This document shows positions 39,701 to 49,516 of a stretch of 64,000 nt of DNA, in pieces; the stretch's first letter is position 1; every line of letters begins with the position of its first letter. A program made the position numbers and the translations under genes. The stretch is from Promethearchaeota archaeon (lineage in GTDB: Archaea; Asgardarchaeota; Lokiarchaeia; Sigyniarchaeales; SOKP01). The notes beneath the pieces are model-generated. The model had not been told where the DNA came from, did not search any database, and saw only the letters and a list, made by a program, of their open reading frames with translations. Location: positions 53,338-117,337 of the forward strand of contig JBHLNF010000010.1 in assembly GCA_048937405.1 (NCBI GenBank). The letters run 5' to 3'.

Positions 39701-40597
39701 ATGAAATTATTGCATACACCTGAAGCAAGATTTAAAAATCTTCCTGACTTTCCATTCAAACCTAATTATAGGGAAGTTGATGGAATTCGAATTCATTTTA
39801 TAGATGAAGGTCCTAAAGATAGTGAAGTAATTTTATTAATGCATGGTGAGCCATCATGGTCATTCTTATATCGACATATGATTCCAATATTACTTAATGC
39901 AGGTTATAGAACAGTAGCACCGGATTTAGTTGGATTTGGACGATCCGATAAACCAGCTGAACAAAGCGCCCATACTTATCGTAAGCACGTAGAATGGATC
40001 ACAAAATTAGTAAAAATACTTGATCTTAAAAATATTACTTTATTCTGCCAAGATTGGGGATCATTAATTGGTTTAAGAGTTGCTATTGAAAATCAAGAAC
40101 GTTTTGATAGGATAGTACTATCAAATGGAGGATTACCTACAGGAGATCAAAAAATGAGTAAAGAATTTTTACAGTGGCAAGAATCCTCTAAAACAAGACC
40201 AATATTTTCATGTGGTGAGATTGTACAAGAAGCAACTGTATCTGAACTAACTGAAAACGAGATAAAAGCATATGATGCTCCATTTCCAGATGCAACCTTT
40301 CAAGCGGGTCCTAGAATTATGCCTTCGTTGGTTCCAACTACTAAGGATGATCCAGAACATGAGAATAATAAAAAAGCATGGGAGTTATTCTTTCAATGGA
40401 AGAAACCGTTTTTGACAGCTTTCTCTGATAGAGATCCAATAACACGAGGAGCCAACAGATATTGGCAAGAGAAAGTTCCAGGCGCACTGGGACAAAATCA
40501 TACTATAATTAAAAATGCTGGACATTTTGTCCAAGAAGATAAAGGTTTTGAATTAGCAAATCTTATTTTAGAATTTATAAGCAAAAATCCTCTTTAG
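39701..40597 (+). CDS. Haloalkane dehalogenase (alpha/beta hydrolase)
   Basis: HGEPSWSFLYR, GFGRSDKP, QDWG nucleophile, GHFVQED. Confidence 0.92.
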   Translation: MKLLHTPEARFKNLPDFPFKPNYREVDGIRIHFIDEGPKDSEVILLMHGEPSWSFLYRHMIPILLNAGYRTVAPDLVGFGRSDKPAEQSAHTYRKHVEWITKLVKILDLKNITLFCQDWGSLIGLRVAIENQERFDRIVLSNGGLPTGDQKMSKEFLQWQESSKTRPIFSCGEIVQEATVSELTENEIKAYDAPFPDATFQAGPRIMPSLVPTTKDDPEHENNKKAWELFFQWKKPFLTAFSDRDPITRGANRYWQEKVPGALGQNHTIIKNAGHFVQEDKGFELANLILEFISKNPL

Positions 40598-40806
40598 AAT
40601 CTTAATATATAATTTTTATTGTATACTCTAAGTTATTTCTGGATTAATCTTAATCTTTTTTTTCTCATAGCATCCCTTTTTTTTTATATTTTTTCATAAT
40701 AATCGAGTTTTGGGTGACACTTTATATCCCGATATTGGTCTACATAAATAATAAATAAGTACTAAAGAAGTATTAATTATAAATATTTTAACATTAGTTG
40801 ATTTAA

Positions 40807-41301
40807 ATGAGTAAAAAAAGACATAAAGGTCATGAGAGGGAAGTTCCGAATGCACATATTTATCATTCTATATTACCGATTGTGTTTGTCTTAGTTTGGT
40901 TTTTAGATTCAAATATTTTTAGGTTTTCTATATTTTTAAACGATTATGTTCCGTTTGTAATTCGATTAATACTTTGTATCATTATTTTAGCTCTTTCGTT
41001 TACATTCATTTTCCTTTCCCATCGTACATTATTTAAATCGCATCAACCATCTAATTCTTTAATTATAACTGGAATTCTCAAATATACAAGAAATCCAATG
41101 TATTTTGGAATACTTTTAATTTATGTGGCATTTATTTTTCTTTCAATCTCCTTAATTAGCATTGGTCTCTTCATTATCGTGTTTCTAGTTTATAATTGGA
41201 TGGTAAATTTTGAACAAAAAATTCTTGAAAATATGTTTGGTGATGAATTCTTAGAATATAAAAAGAGAGTGCCAAAATGGTTTCCAAATCCGTTTAAATA
41301 A
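40807..41301 (+). CDS. Isoprenylcysteine carboxyl methyltransferase/PEMT family membrane protein
   Basis: LIITG..KYTRNPMYFG, E..L...FGDEFLEYKKRVPKW. Confidence 0.88.
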   Translation: MSKKRHKGHEREVPNAHIYHSILPIVFVLVWFLDSNIFRFSIFLNDYVPFVIRLILCIIILALSFTFIFLSHRTLFKSHQPSNSLIITGILKYTRNPMYFGILLIYVAFIFLSISLISIGLFIIVFLVYNWMVNFEQKILENMFGDEFLEYKKRVPKWFPNPFK

Positions 41302-41488
41302 CCTTATATTCTTATTATAAGAGTTAAGAGTCTTTACTTTTTTTTTTCAGATTTTTTTAAGAATTAACCATATTTTATGAAAGAAAAAGGTATATTAAGA
41401 ACGATTATTATGAATATTTTGGAAAAAAATGTAAAATTTTTCTGAAATTAATTGAGGTATTTAGAATTTTTTAACTCAAGGGTTATAA

Positions 41489-42478
41489 ATGTCAGAAGAC
41501 AGTTTACGAGAAATACTAGGTTTAGCTAAAAAGACAAAATGGAATCAGGTAAAAAAATTTATTAAATTCATTGTTCAAAAAACTTTAAAAAAAGGAATAG
41601 GCTATAATCTAACGGCTCTTGACGTCTCAGTTAATAGAAAAAAACAACCAAAATTATCACTAGTAATTAAAAATAACGAAGAAATTAAGGAAATTGATAA
41701 ATTATTTGATTTTAATCACCTTACTTTGTATCAAGCAACTCAAAATTCGAATGATCTAATCGAAATTTCGCAAAAAAATGGGACACTTATCGTTTTGGCA
41801 AAATATTTAGGTCCAAGTTTGACCAATCATGAATTATTTGATTTTTCTGTTCATTTAGATACATTAGATGATCCTTTTTTTACTATTGGAAATGGAAAGA
41901 AAATAAATAGTTCTGAATTATTGGAAATTATTAATAAAGATTTAGTAACAAAACTAAGAACAAAAGAAAAAGGAAAGAAAAAAACAACGGAAGAAGAAGA
42001 GATAAAAGTTGAAGATATTGAAGTTTTGATATTTGAAAAATTGACTGAAAAAAATGCTTACTGGAATGGAACTAAAACAAAAGCCTATCAAAATTGGAAT
42101 GCAAAAATGAAAAATAAATATCACATAGAATCGGGGAATATTGCTTATTATAAAGGAAAACCTACGAAAAAATATTCACAATATCTTGAAAATCTTCTTA
42201 AAAAGAAAGATAAAAAAACCAAAAAACCTATAAAAAAAGTCAATAGAAAAGAAAGGAGTACCATAATAGATGATAAAGTGATATCAGAACAATCTATATT
42301 TAGTACTCTAACTGGAAAGAATGCAATATGGAATGGAACTGAAACAAAAAATTTTCTTGCTTGGAAACGAAAAATACATAAAAAGTACAATAAAGATACA
42401 GGCAAAAATCCTTACTATAGAGGAAAATTAACCAAAAATTTCCAATTGTATCTTAAAAAACACCTTAAAACTAAATAG
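41489..42478 (+). CDS. Lys-rich hypothetical protein with four C-terminal about 30-aa repeats
   Basis: Repeated (F/Y)xxx(T/S)(G/E)xxxx(W/Y)xGxxTKx(F/Y)xx(W/Y). Confidence 0.8.
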   Translation: MSEDSLREILGLAKKTKWNQVKKFIKFIVQKTLKKGIGYNLTALDVSVNRKKQPKLSLVIKNNEEIKEIDKLFDFNHLTLYQATQNSNDLIEISQKNGTLIVLAKYLGPSLTNHELFDFSVHLDTLDDPFFTIGNGKKINSSELLEIINKDLVTKLRTKEKGKKKTTEEEEIKVEDIEVLIFEKLTEKNAYWNGTKTKAYQNWNAKMKNKYHIESGNIAYYKGKPTKKYSQYLENLLKKKDKKTKKPIKKVNRKERSTIIDDKVISEQSIFSTLTGKNAIWNGTETKNFLAWKRKIHKKYNKDTGKNPYYRGKLTKNFQLYLKKHLKTK

Positions 42479-43133
42479 AAGTGCTTTGATGAATTATCTC
42501 TAATTTGTTAAGTGCTTTCTTCAATACTTTTCTATTTGATTCCGGATAGTATTTAGAATATTTTACTATTTTTTCTTCAGAAATCCCCTTCATCAATTTA
42601 GAGACTTCAATTAATATTCTATTATCGTTTATATGATTGTATTGCCATAAATAAATCAAATCTAAGATTGTTTTTTCGTGATCTGAATATTTAATTTTAT
42701 TTTTTATTATTCCAAAATCGAATAATACATTTTTAAAGGTTAAAAATCGAAATTTTTGTCCCAAAATCTCGATTGGTTTACCTTTTAATATCTGATCATT
42801 TATTAGATAAAATAATTCATTTTCATGTTTATGTTCAATATTATTTAACTCCAATGCGGTATATAGACCGAAATACCAATTTTTAATATTCTTTATCTTT
42901 AATCCTTTCGCTACAAGTTCTAAAATTGAATATTTTCGTCTATTATGGTTTAACTCTTCTTCAGTTTTCACATAATAGAGATTGTCTAAGATATTTAATA
43001 GATAACCACGTGTTACTAAGTAATCGCTAATCATTCTATAATCTTGATAGAAATCTTTACTATATTCCTGTAATTCCTCAGAAGAAACAAATTCCTTATT
43101 ATCTTGCTTTATTTTTTTTAGAACTCGATACAT
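42471..43133 (-). CDS. AbiEi-like (type IV toxin-antitoxin antitoxin-like) transcriptional regulator
   Basis: YLVTRGYL..I...LYYV wHTH, WYFGLYTALELNN, YSDHEKTILDLIY. Confidence 0.7.
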   Translation of the reverse strand: MYRVLKKIKQDNKEFVSSEELQEYSKDFYQDYRMISDYLVTRGYLLNILDNLYYVKTEEELNHNRRKYSILELVAKGLKIKNIKNWYFGLYTALELNNIEHKHENELFYLINDQILKGKPIEILGQKFRFLTFKNVLFDFGIIKNKIKYSDHEKTILDLIYLWQYNHINDNRILIEVSKLMKGISEEKIVKYSKYYPESNRKVLKKALNKLEIIHQSTSI

Positions 43134-43516
43134 AAATCTTTTCTAAAAATATGTTTGAATTTGAAAAAATAATGAAAAATTTTAGGCTATAATATATATA
43201 ATGTACCTTAATTTTTATTTCTTTCAAATTTTTAAAAAAAAATTATAAATCTTTTAGAATTTTTTAGAAAGAATACTCATTCATTATGTAAATTACTACA
43301 ATTAAAATTCTAATAAATAAAAAAAACTATTTATTTGCAAATATAAATTTTGGGATTTATTTGTTCTGATTTTCGAGATTTTTTATGAGTTTATGACATT
43401 TTCTCAAAAGATAAGCTGTAAACCTTTTCCAATTTATTGTATTTAAAAGAGTAAGAATTATATTATAAATTGAACTAAGTATTATAGCAAAAAGATTAAT
43501 AACTGCTGTAATAGAG

Positions 43517-44011
43517 GTGCTACTTTTTAAAATGTATAATGAAATAAAAAATCCTAATTCCGAATATGAAATTACACTAAATAAGCTATCAGCGCAAATT
43601 GAAGATCTTTTTAATAAAATTCATTATTATCAAGCATTAATAGCGGAAAAGGATTTTCAAATAAAGAAGCTACTTAATGAGAATCAAAGTTTAATAGCGA
43701 AGGTTCAAAAATTGTCATTTCACTCAGGTTCTTCAAGTGAACCAATTCAGAAATCTTATTCTCCATCAACCCTCCCAACAAATAAACAATTAGTTACTCC
43801 TCCACAATCTCCACCAATTCCTTTAAAACAACCAGAATCCTCAATTACTACAAGTGAAGATTCAAGAGTTAATAAAAGAGTATGTCCTAACTGTGGTGCG
43901 ATGGGTTTTGCTATAAGAGAAGTAGATGATAAAAGCAAAATAATTAGTTATATCCCGAGGAGAATTTATGCAAAAAAGAGAGCATGTACTAAATGCAGAT
44001 ACGAATGGTAA
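43517..44011 (+). CDS. Coiled-coil, Pro/Ser linker, C-terminal Zn-ribbon protein (likely ATG 43532)
   Basis: Heptad N-terminus, CPNCG...CTKC. Confidence 0.8.
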   Translation: MLLFKMYNEIKNPNSEYEITLNKLSAQIEDLFNKIHYYQALIAEKDFQIKKLLNENQSLIAKVQKLSFHSGSSSEPIQKSYSPSTLPTNKQLVTPPQSPPIPLKQPESSITTSEDSRVNKRVCPNCGAMGFAIREVDDKSKIISYIPRRIYAKKRACTKCRYEW

Positions 44012-44032
44012 ATCATATTTAATTCTCCCGTT

Positions 44033-44959
44033 TTATAAAAAAGGACTCAAATTACGTGGAAATAGTTCATAATAATTAGATAAATCATACTGTTTTATTT
44101 TGTTCTGAGTTTCTTGAGGAAGTAGATCCAAATCTTGTCCTTTTAGAATTAAATTGGTTTCTTCTTCATTAAATTCAGGTCCAGATTCTATCCAATTTAT
44201 GACTTTTTTATTAGCCGGACAAACTTTTTGACAATAAAGACATCCAATTAAACAATTATGCCATTTAAGGTCAATCCAATCCGGAAAAGAAATCTCCGGA
44301 GGATGTTCATTATGATAAGTAATGCATCGTTCTACTCGTAGTAGAACTCGATCAGTTGGGATTGCTCCAGTAGGACATTTTCTGGTACATGCCTGACATT
44401 CCTTACACATATCCATCATTTTTAATTCTTGCCAACTATCTTCTTCAGTTGGAAAATCAGAATATAGTGTGGTTAGACGATGAAAACTTCCCATTCCTGG
44501 TACATAAGTAATATTATTCCTACCATACTCTGCCAAGCTACTTCGTACAGCTAGTGTTTTTTGAGGTAACCTTGCATATGCAACATTATAACCTCTAGGT
44601 GTTAATATTTCAGAAAGCAATTTAATCATCTGGTCAATTACTTTTCGTCCATATAAATACGTAGGAGGAATTAGTAAAGATATCTTTTTATTATTACAAT
44701 GAAAGATAGTTTCAAATTGTGGTTGAGGAACTGCTATAATAAAAAGGGATTTTATGTCAGCAAAATCAACTTTAGACTCAAATTCAAAATAAGACTTATA
44801 CTCCTCATAAAAATCCGGATCTAAATGCTTTGCTTCTAGATGTTTTTTGATATCTTGACGTAATTCTGGAATGTGTTTTGCCGAAATAATCTTTCCTTTA
44901 TACCCTCTATCGTCCACTACTTTATAAAATTTCTGAACAATATTGTTTGTATCCACCAT
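44033..44959 (-). CDS. Epoxyqueuosine reductase/reductive dehalogenase-like 4Fe-4S double-cluster protein
   Basis: LPQKTLAVRSSLAEYGRNN, GSF, CKECQACTRKCPTGAI, RCIT, GCLYCQKVCP. Confidence 0.85.
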   Translation of the reverse strand: MVDTNNIVQKFYKVVDDRGYKGKIISAKHIPELRQDIKKHLEAKHLDPDFYEEYKSYFEFESKVDFADIKSLFIIAVPQPQFETIFHCNNKKISLLIPPTYLYGRKVIDQMIKLLSEILTPRGYNVAYARLPQKTLAVRSSLAEYGRNNITYVPGMGSFHRLTTLYSDFPTEEDSWQELKMMDMCKECQACTRKCPTGAIPTDRVLLRVERCITYHNEHPPEISFPDWIDLKWHNCLIGCLYCQKVCPANKKVINWIESGPEFNEEETNLILKGQDLDLLPQETQNKIKQYDLSNYYELFPRNLSPFL

Positions 44960-45199
44960 AATTATTACTCTTTTTAAATTGAGCAATAGCTTATATATTT
45001 ATTCCTTGAGAATTATAACATTATGGATAATGAGTTATAATCATTAGCTCTTGTTAAGATCTTCTTATTATTTATAAAATATATCCAAAAAGAAATATTA
45101 AAAAAAAAAATATGAAATTTAAATTGGTTATAACTTTTTTTAAAAAAATGGTCCAAAAGGTTTGGTTTTTATCTCTCCCAAAAAGAAATAAAGAAAATT

Positions 45200-46357
45200 T
45201 TAAATCTTTTTAGGAGCGATAACAGATTCTTTGTTTACTTCTTTCTGAAGCATTTTAAAAGCTTTTTTTGATGTTGAAAAGGTTTTCGCATTATGTTTTT
45301 TAACAATCTCTTTGAGTTCCTCATCAAATATACGTACAAACACTTCAATATGTGGATAAAAGAGATTAAGTTTAGAAGTAAGGTAAATAGCCTCATCAAA
45401 TTCAGATTCCTTTTTCCAACATATAAAAGCTTGAGTTACATCTTTCAGGTTAACATGAGCTTCTAAATCACTCAAGAAACGAGCATAAATTTTTCGGAAA
45501 TGTAATTGTTTGTTTACTTCAAATTCAATACCTTCATGAACGTCATCAAAAAGGTAAACTTCCCGATCTGGTTGTTGGGAGATATGATGTGCGATTCGGT
45601 GGGTTAAATGATCTCTCCCCATTACTAGTACTGTACCAGTTTTATTTTTTGTCCATTTATGGATGTCATCCATTGCCCATTTAGAAGTGGAGAAGGAAAA
45701 TGCATTTAAAGGAGGTTCTCCAAGATATTCTTGTATGTGGTCTTCAAAAGCACGAACATATATTTGACAACTTGGATTCATTTTACGAATCTTTTCAGTA
45801 CAAATAATAGCAAGTCTAACATCATTAACATTGATAAAAACTTCTTTAGCAGATTTTACATTTGCCAATTCAAGGCTAGAATTTTCGGTTGCATCACCAA
45901 CTACAATTGGATGACCAGCATTAAGTAAGTCTTCTACCAATTCTTCACAATCTTCAATAATAGCGAACCGTTTTTTATTTTTAACACAATATTCTACGAT
46001 TCTCTCTGATAAATGATGAAGTCCAATTATCACAGCATGATTTCTTTGATGAGTAGCAAGAATTCTACTGGTAATAACAGGGTTATACTTTTCAAATAAT
46101 TCTCCCGTGATGAATCCAAAAAAAATTACTTCTAATAAAATTGGCCAAACTATAGCATAAAACTGACCAAAGTCTCCAGTATCAGAAGGAATTCCTACAG
46201 TTATTGAAAATAAGATTATTCTGCCAAGACTATGGTCTGATTCTGTAATAAGAAAGAAAAGAAAACCTATAAACCAAAATAGAAAGAAAAATATAAACTG
46301 TAATTTATACTGTTTGAGTTTCAGATGGATGGCTATAAAAGCGTTTAGGAGATGCAT
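45200..46357 (-). CDS. 2-TM plus RCK/TrkA-N domain K+ channel-like protein
   Basis: Two TM helices; NHAVIIG, VVGDATENSSLELANVKSA; second RCK-like domain. Confidence 0.75.
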   Translation of the reverse strand: MHLLNAFIAIHLKLKQYKLQFIFFFLFWFIGFLFFLITESDHSLGRIILFSITVGIPSDTGDFGQFYAIVWPILLEVIFFGFITGELFEKYNPVITSRILATHQRNHAVIIGLHHLSERIVEYCVKNKKRFAIIEDCEELVEDLLNAGHPIVVGDATENSSLELANVKSAKEVFINVNDVRLAIICTEKIRKMNPSCQIYVRAFEDHIQEYLGEPPLNAFSFSTSKWAMDDIHKWTKNKTGTVLVMGRDHLTHRIAHHISQQPDREVYLFDDVHEGIEFEVNKQLHFRKIYARFLSDLEAHVNLKDVTQAFICWKKESEFDEAIYLTSKLNLFYPHIEVFVRIFDEELKEIVKKHNAKTFSTSKKAFKMLQKEVNKESVIAPKKI

Positions 46358-46561
46358 ATCATATGATAAAGCACAAAAATATAAAAAAGATATGATTCAA
46401 AAACGATTAAATTTTATTTTTTTATAAATTTATTTCTACTGTTTTTATTTTTATTTTTGCTGGATTATCTTTTATTTTACATACCTTTTGGTCATTTTTT
46501 TTAAAAAAAGTTATATCCTGTAGATTCTAGATATAATCAAGAACTAACAATTTAGATTTTT

Positions 46562-47764
46562 ATGAATATATTAAAGAGTACTGATAGAGTTTTAGAGGAT
46601 TTGTCAATCATAATAAAAGAAACTGCTAAAGATTGTGAAATATACGAGAAGCGGTGTAATGAAGTTGAATATGACTTTGATACTACGTTAAAAGAATCAA
46701 CTCTTAGTGAAATTCCATATATTCCTTGGGGCTTTTTTAAACAATCCAATAATATGTTTAAGGAATTGCTTAGAGGGAATACTTTTGATAAATTAGAGTA
46801 TTGGATGGAATCGTCTTCTACATGTGGAGATCCATCTATTATTGGAAGACTTGATAATGACACTGAAGTCTTAAAAGCAAATTATAATGCTGTTTTCAAT
46901 TCTTTTTCAAAAAAAGAAAAAGTAAATAATTTAATCTTATTTGCTCCAGATATGAGAATTATTAACAAAATACGACATAACTTCTATGGAAAAAATGCGT
47001 ATTTATTATATAAGAGTATTGTTGATATATGGGAGGGACGAAATGTCAACTTCTTATTACAATTCTTTCTTGGAAAAACACTCTTAAAATTGATTACTAC
47101 CTTTAAAGCTCGTGCTGTAATAGGAATTAATGGAGAATTATTAAAATCTGAACTAAACCGTGTTGAGAAAAATAATATCCCAACAATTATGGCTAATTCA
47201 CCTCTCTGGATGCATAGAGTGTTGAAGGATTATTATCAAAAAGAAAAAAGAACGTTTGATTTAAGTGATAATTTTTATATTATCACTGGAGGTGGAGGTT
47301 GGGATGGAACTAAAGGGAGGATTAAACTCGGATATAGCGTGAGAAAACCAGAATTCATAGAACAAATGTGTAATATGTTTAATATAACTCCAGATAAATT
47401 TTGTGATAATTTCGCTGCTACTGAAAGTCCAATGGCATGTGGAGGGCATTGGTCAAGAAAATATGCTGATTTCATTCTGCACGTTAATCATAAGCAAGGA
47501 CGAATTGTAGTTCGAGATATTGAATCATTAGAACCGATTAATAAAACAGGACAACCCGGACTTTTAGAATTGATAACTCCTTATGGTGTTGATAGTTATG
47601 CTGGTGTTGCAGTATTATTGGACGATATCGTACAAGTAGAAAATTGGGAAAGATGCCAAGAATGTGGTAGAGAAGGAACTATTTTTAGAGTTCTTGGACG
47701 CTTAACACCATCAATAGGAAAAGGATGTAGTTCCTTGTTTAGTCTAGATGCATTTAAGTTGTAA
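46562..47764 (+). CDS. luxE: LuxE-family acyl-protein synthetase
   Basis: SSSTCG, TGGGGW, F.ATE, SYAG....DD, GR......GC C-terminal Cys. Confidence 0.75.
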   Translation: MNILKSTDRVLEDLSIIIKETAKDCEIYEKRCNEVEYDFDTTLKESTLSEIPYIPWGFFKQSNNMFKELLRGNTFDKLEYWMESSSTCGDPSIIGRLDNDTEVLKANYNAVFNSFSKKEKVNNLILFAPDMRIINKIRHNFYGKNAYLLYKSIVDIWEGRNVNFLLQFFLGKTLLKLITTFKARAVIGINGELLKSELNRVEKNNIPTIMANSPLWMHRVLKDYYQKEKRTFDLSDNFYIITGGGGWDGTKGRIKLGYSVRKPEFIEQMCNMFNITPDKFCDNFAATESPMACGGHWSRKYADFILHVNHKQGRIVVRDIESLEPINKTGQPGLLELITPYGVDSYAGVAVLLDDIVQVENWERCQECGREGTIFRVLGRLTPSIGKGCSSLFSLDAFKL

Positions 47765-47774
47765 ATAATAATGT

Positions 47775-48701
47775 TTAAGGATTGTAATCAGTATGTCTGA
47801 CACCTAGTTCCTCTAAAAGCGGGATTAAAAATTCTGTATGAAAATCTCTTATATGCAAAACTTTACCTAAATATAAATCCAAGAATTCTTGAATGTCATA
47901 TTTTATTTCATTAATATCAATAAAATCATGTTCTGGTTCAATTTTTATTTTGTCTAAATTCAAGGGATTTAATTGTTTCTTTACTAAATAACGCATAAAT
48001 TGTATAAATGTACTCTCAACCAACTGTTCTTCTTCTTCATTTAATTCATATACTTCATGAGCAATTTTATTTCTTAATTCATCAACATTTTTTGCTAATA
48101 TATCAAGATTCTTCGGTAAATTTAGAGCTTCGATTTTTTGTATTACTGTTTTATTATTATAATCTTCAACTTGAGAATCCAGATAATCTATTAAAGTTGT
48201 GTAGAAACGTATTAAAAATTTGAAGGAATCAATGGATTTATCCTCTTTCCATTTATTATAGGAACTTCCCCAATGATCAAAATTTACTTCATCTAAGGCA
48301 TTTTTTATACTAATTTTTATTTTATCCACTTTTTCTATAAAATAGTCTGAATAATCCATATAGGGTTTGTTATTCATGTCAAATTGATATTTATGGGTTT
48401 TCCCAAATTCCTTAAAACCTCCCAATTTTTTTATAAGAGAGGGATCTTCTAATATTTGTTTTTTCCCAATTTCAGCTGCAAATTTTATTAGATATCTACA
48501 TTCAGGACAATATGTCACATAAGAACTCCGAAAAGATGTAAATGGTTTGAGCTCAAGTTGATGCTTACCATTCGGAAATTCTATAAGTTCACCTTTAGAT
48601 TCTATATGATCAAAATGTGTCTTTTCAAATTGAAAGGATTCTGGGATAAATTGGCAACCGCAAACAGGACATTTTACCTTCTCTCTTTTTGGTTTCATCA
48701 T
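47775..48701 (-). CDS. Zn-ribbon plus putative HEPN-domain protein
   Basis: CPVC...CPEC; helical C-terminal half with LRNKIAH (Rx4H). Confidence 0.65.
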   Translation of the reverse strand: MMKPKREKVKCPVCGCQFIPESFQFEKTHFDHIESKGELIEFPNGKHQLELKPFTSFRSSYVTYCPECRYLIKFAAEIGKKQILEDPSLIKKLGGFKEFGKTHKYQFDMNNKPYMDYSDYFIEKVDKIKISIKNALDEVNFDHWGSSYNKWKEDKSIDSFKFLIRFYTTLIDYLDSQVEDYNNKTVIQKIEALNLPKNLDILAKNVDELRNKIAHEVYELNEEEEQLVESTFIQFMRYLVKKQLNPLNLDKIKIEPEHDFIDINEIKYDIQEFLDLYLGKVLHIRDFHTEFLIPLLEELGVRHTDYNP

Positions 48702-48984
48702 ATCTCACTGATTTATTTTATTTATAATAGAATGCCAAGTGATAAGATAGTAAAAACTTATATATTAGGTTTATTGAAAAATTTGACAAAATCTAATATT
48801 AAATATTATAATATCTGTAAATTAGTAAATCCTATATTTAAATGAAATAATGATATGCAATCAAAATTTAGGAAATCTAATCATATTTCAAATAACTGAG
48901 GGATAATCACAAACATTTTCATAAGTATAGAATATTTAAAGAAAAAAAAAGAATTAATATTAAAATCTTATGCATATTAGCTAT

Positions 48985-49200
48985 TTAGAAGTACTTAATC
49001 GCTAATAATATATCGTCTCGTGTTATTTTCTTACGTTTTGCGTGTTTAGTTAATTGTAACGCGGTTTTTGTCAATTTCTCTGCAGATGTACCCAACCACT
49101 CAACTAATTCATCTACAGCATCACGAGCAACGATTATAGCCCCATTATGTTTCATTAATCTTCTAATTGGACTCCAACTTATATATTCAGAACCTGCCAT
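48985..49200 (-). CDS. Archaeal histone (HMf-type fold)
   Basis: PIRRLMKHNGA.IVARDA...HAKRKKITRDDI; ATG 49200 after GGAGG. Confidence 0.95.
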   Translation of the reverse strand: MAGSEYISWSPIRRLMKHNGAIIVARDAVDELVEWLGTSAEKLTKTALQLTKHAKRKKITRDDILLAIKYF

Positions 49201-49516
49201 TTTTATTTCCTCCACTTTTTTAATTATTTTGTTAATTTTTTACTTAATTTTATTATTTTTTAAGAGAATGTTATATAGATATACATCTTTTATATATTTA
49301 AAGATTTATATCCCAATTCAATTTTATGGAAATAAAAATCAAAAAAATTAAACGACAAAATTCGAAATTAAAGAGTTGATCAATTTCGTGGAAGTTAAGA
49401 TTTTTTTATTAATTCATTAAAAATCTAGTTTTTAAACAAAATATATATTTTCAAGAGAATAAAATAATACAGAAAAAATCAAATTTTATGTTTTTTATTA
49501 TTAGAACTTAGTATAC

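Noticed and set aside
48558-48845. 95-aa plus-strand ORF
   Set aside because: Overlaps the Zn-ribbon/HEPN gene antisense and runs into AT-rich intergenic DNA
48985-49215. Histone with a eukaryote-like N-terminal tail
   Set aside because: The GTG extension is the GGAGG RBS; the ATG 49200 product has only a few residues before the fold and no Lys-rich tail
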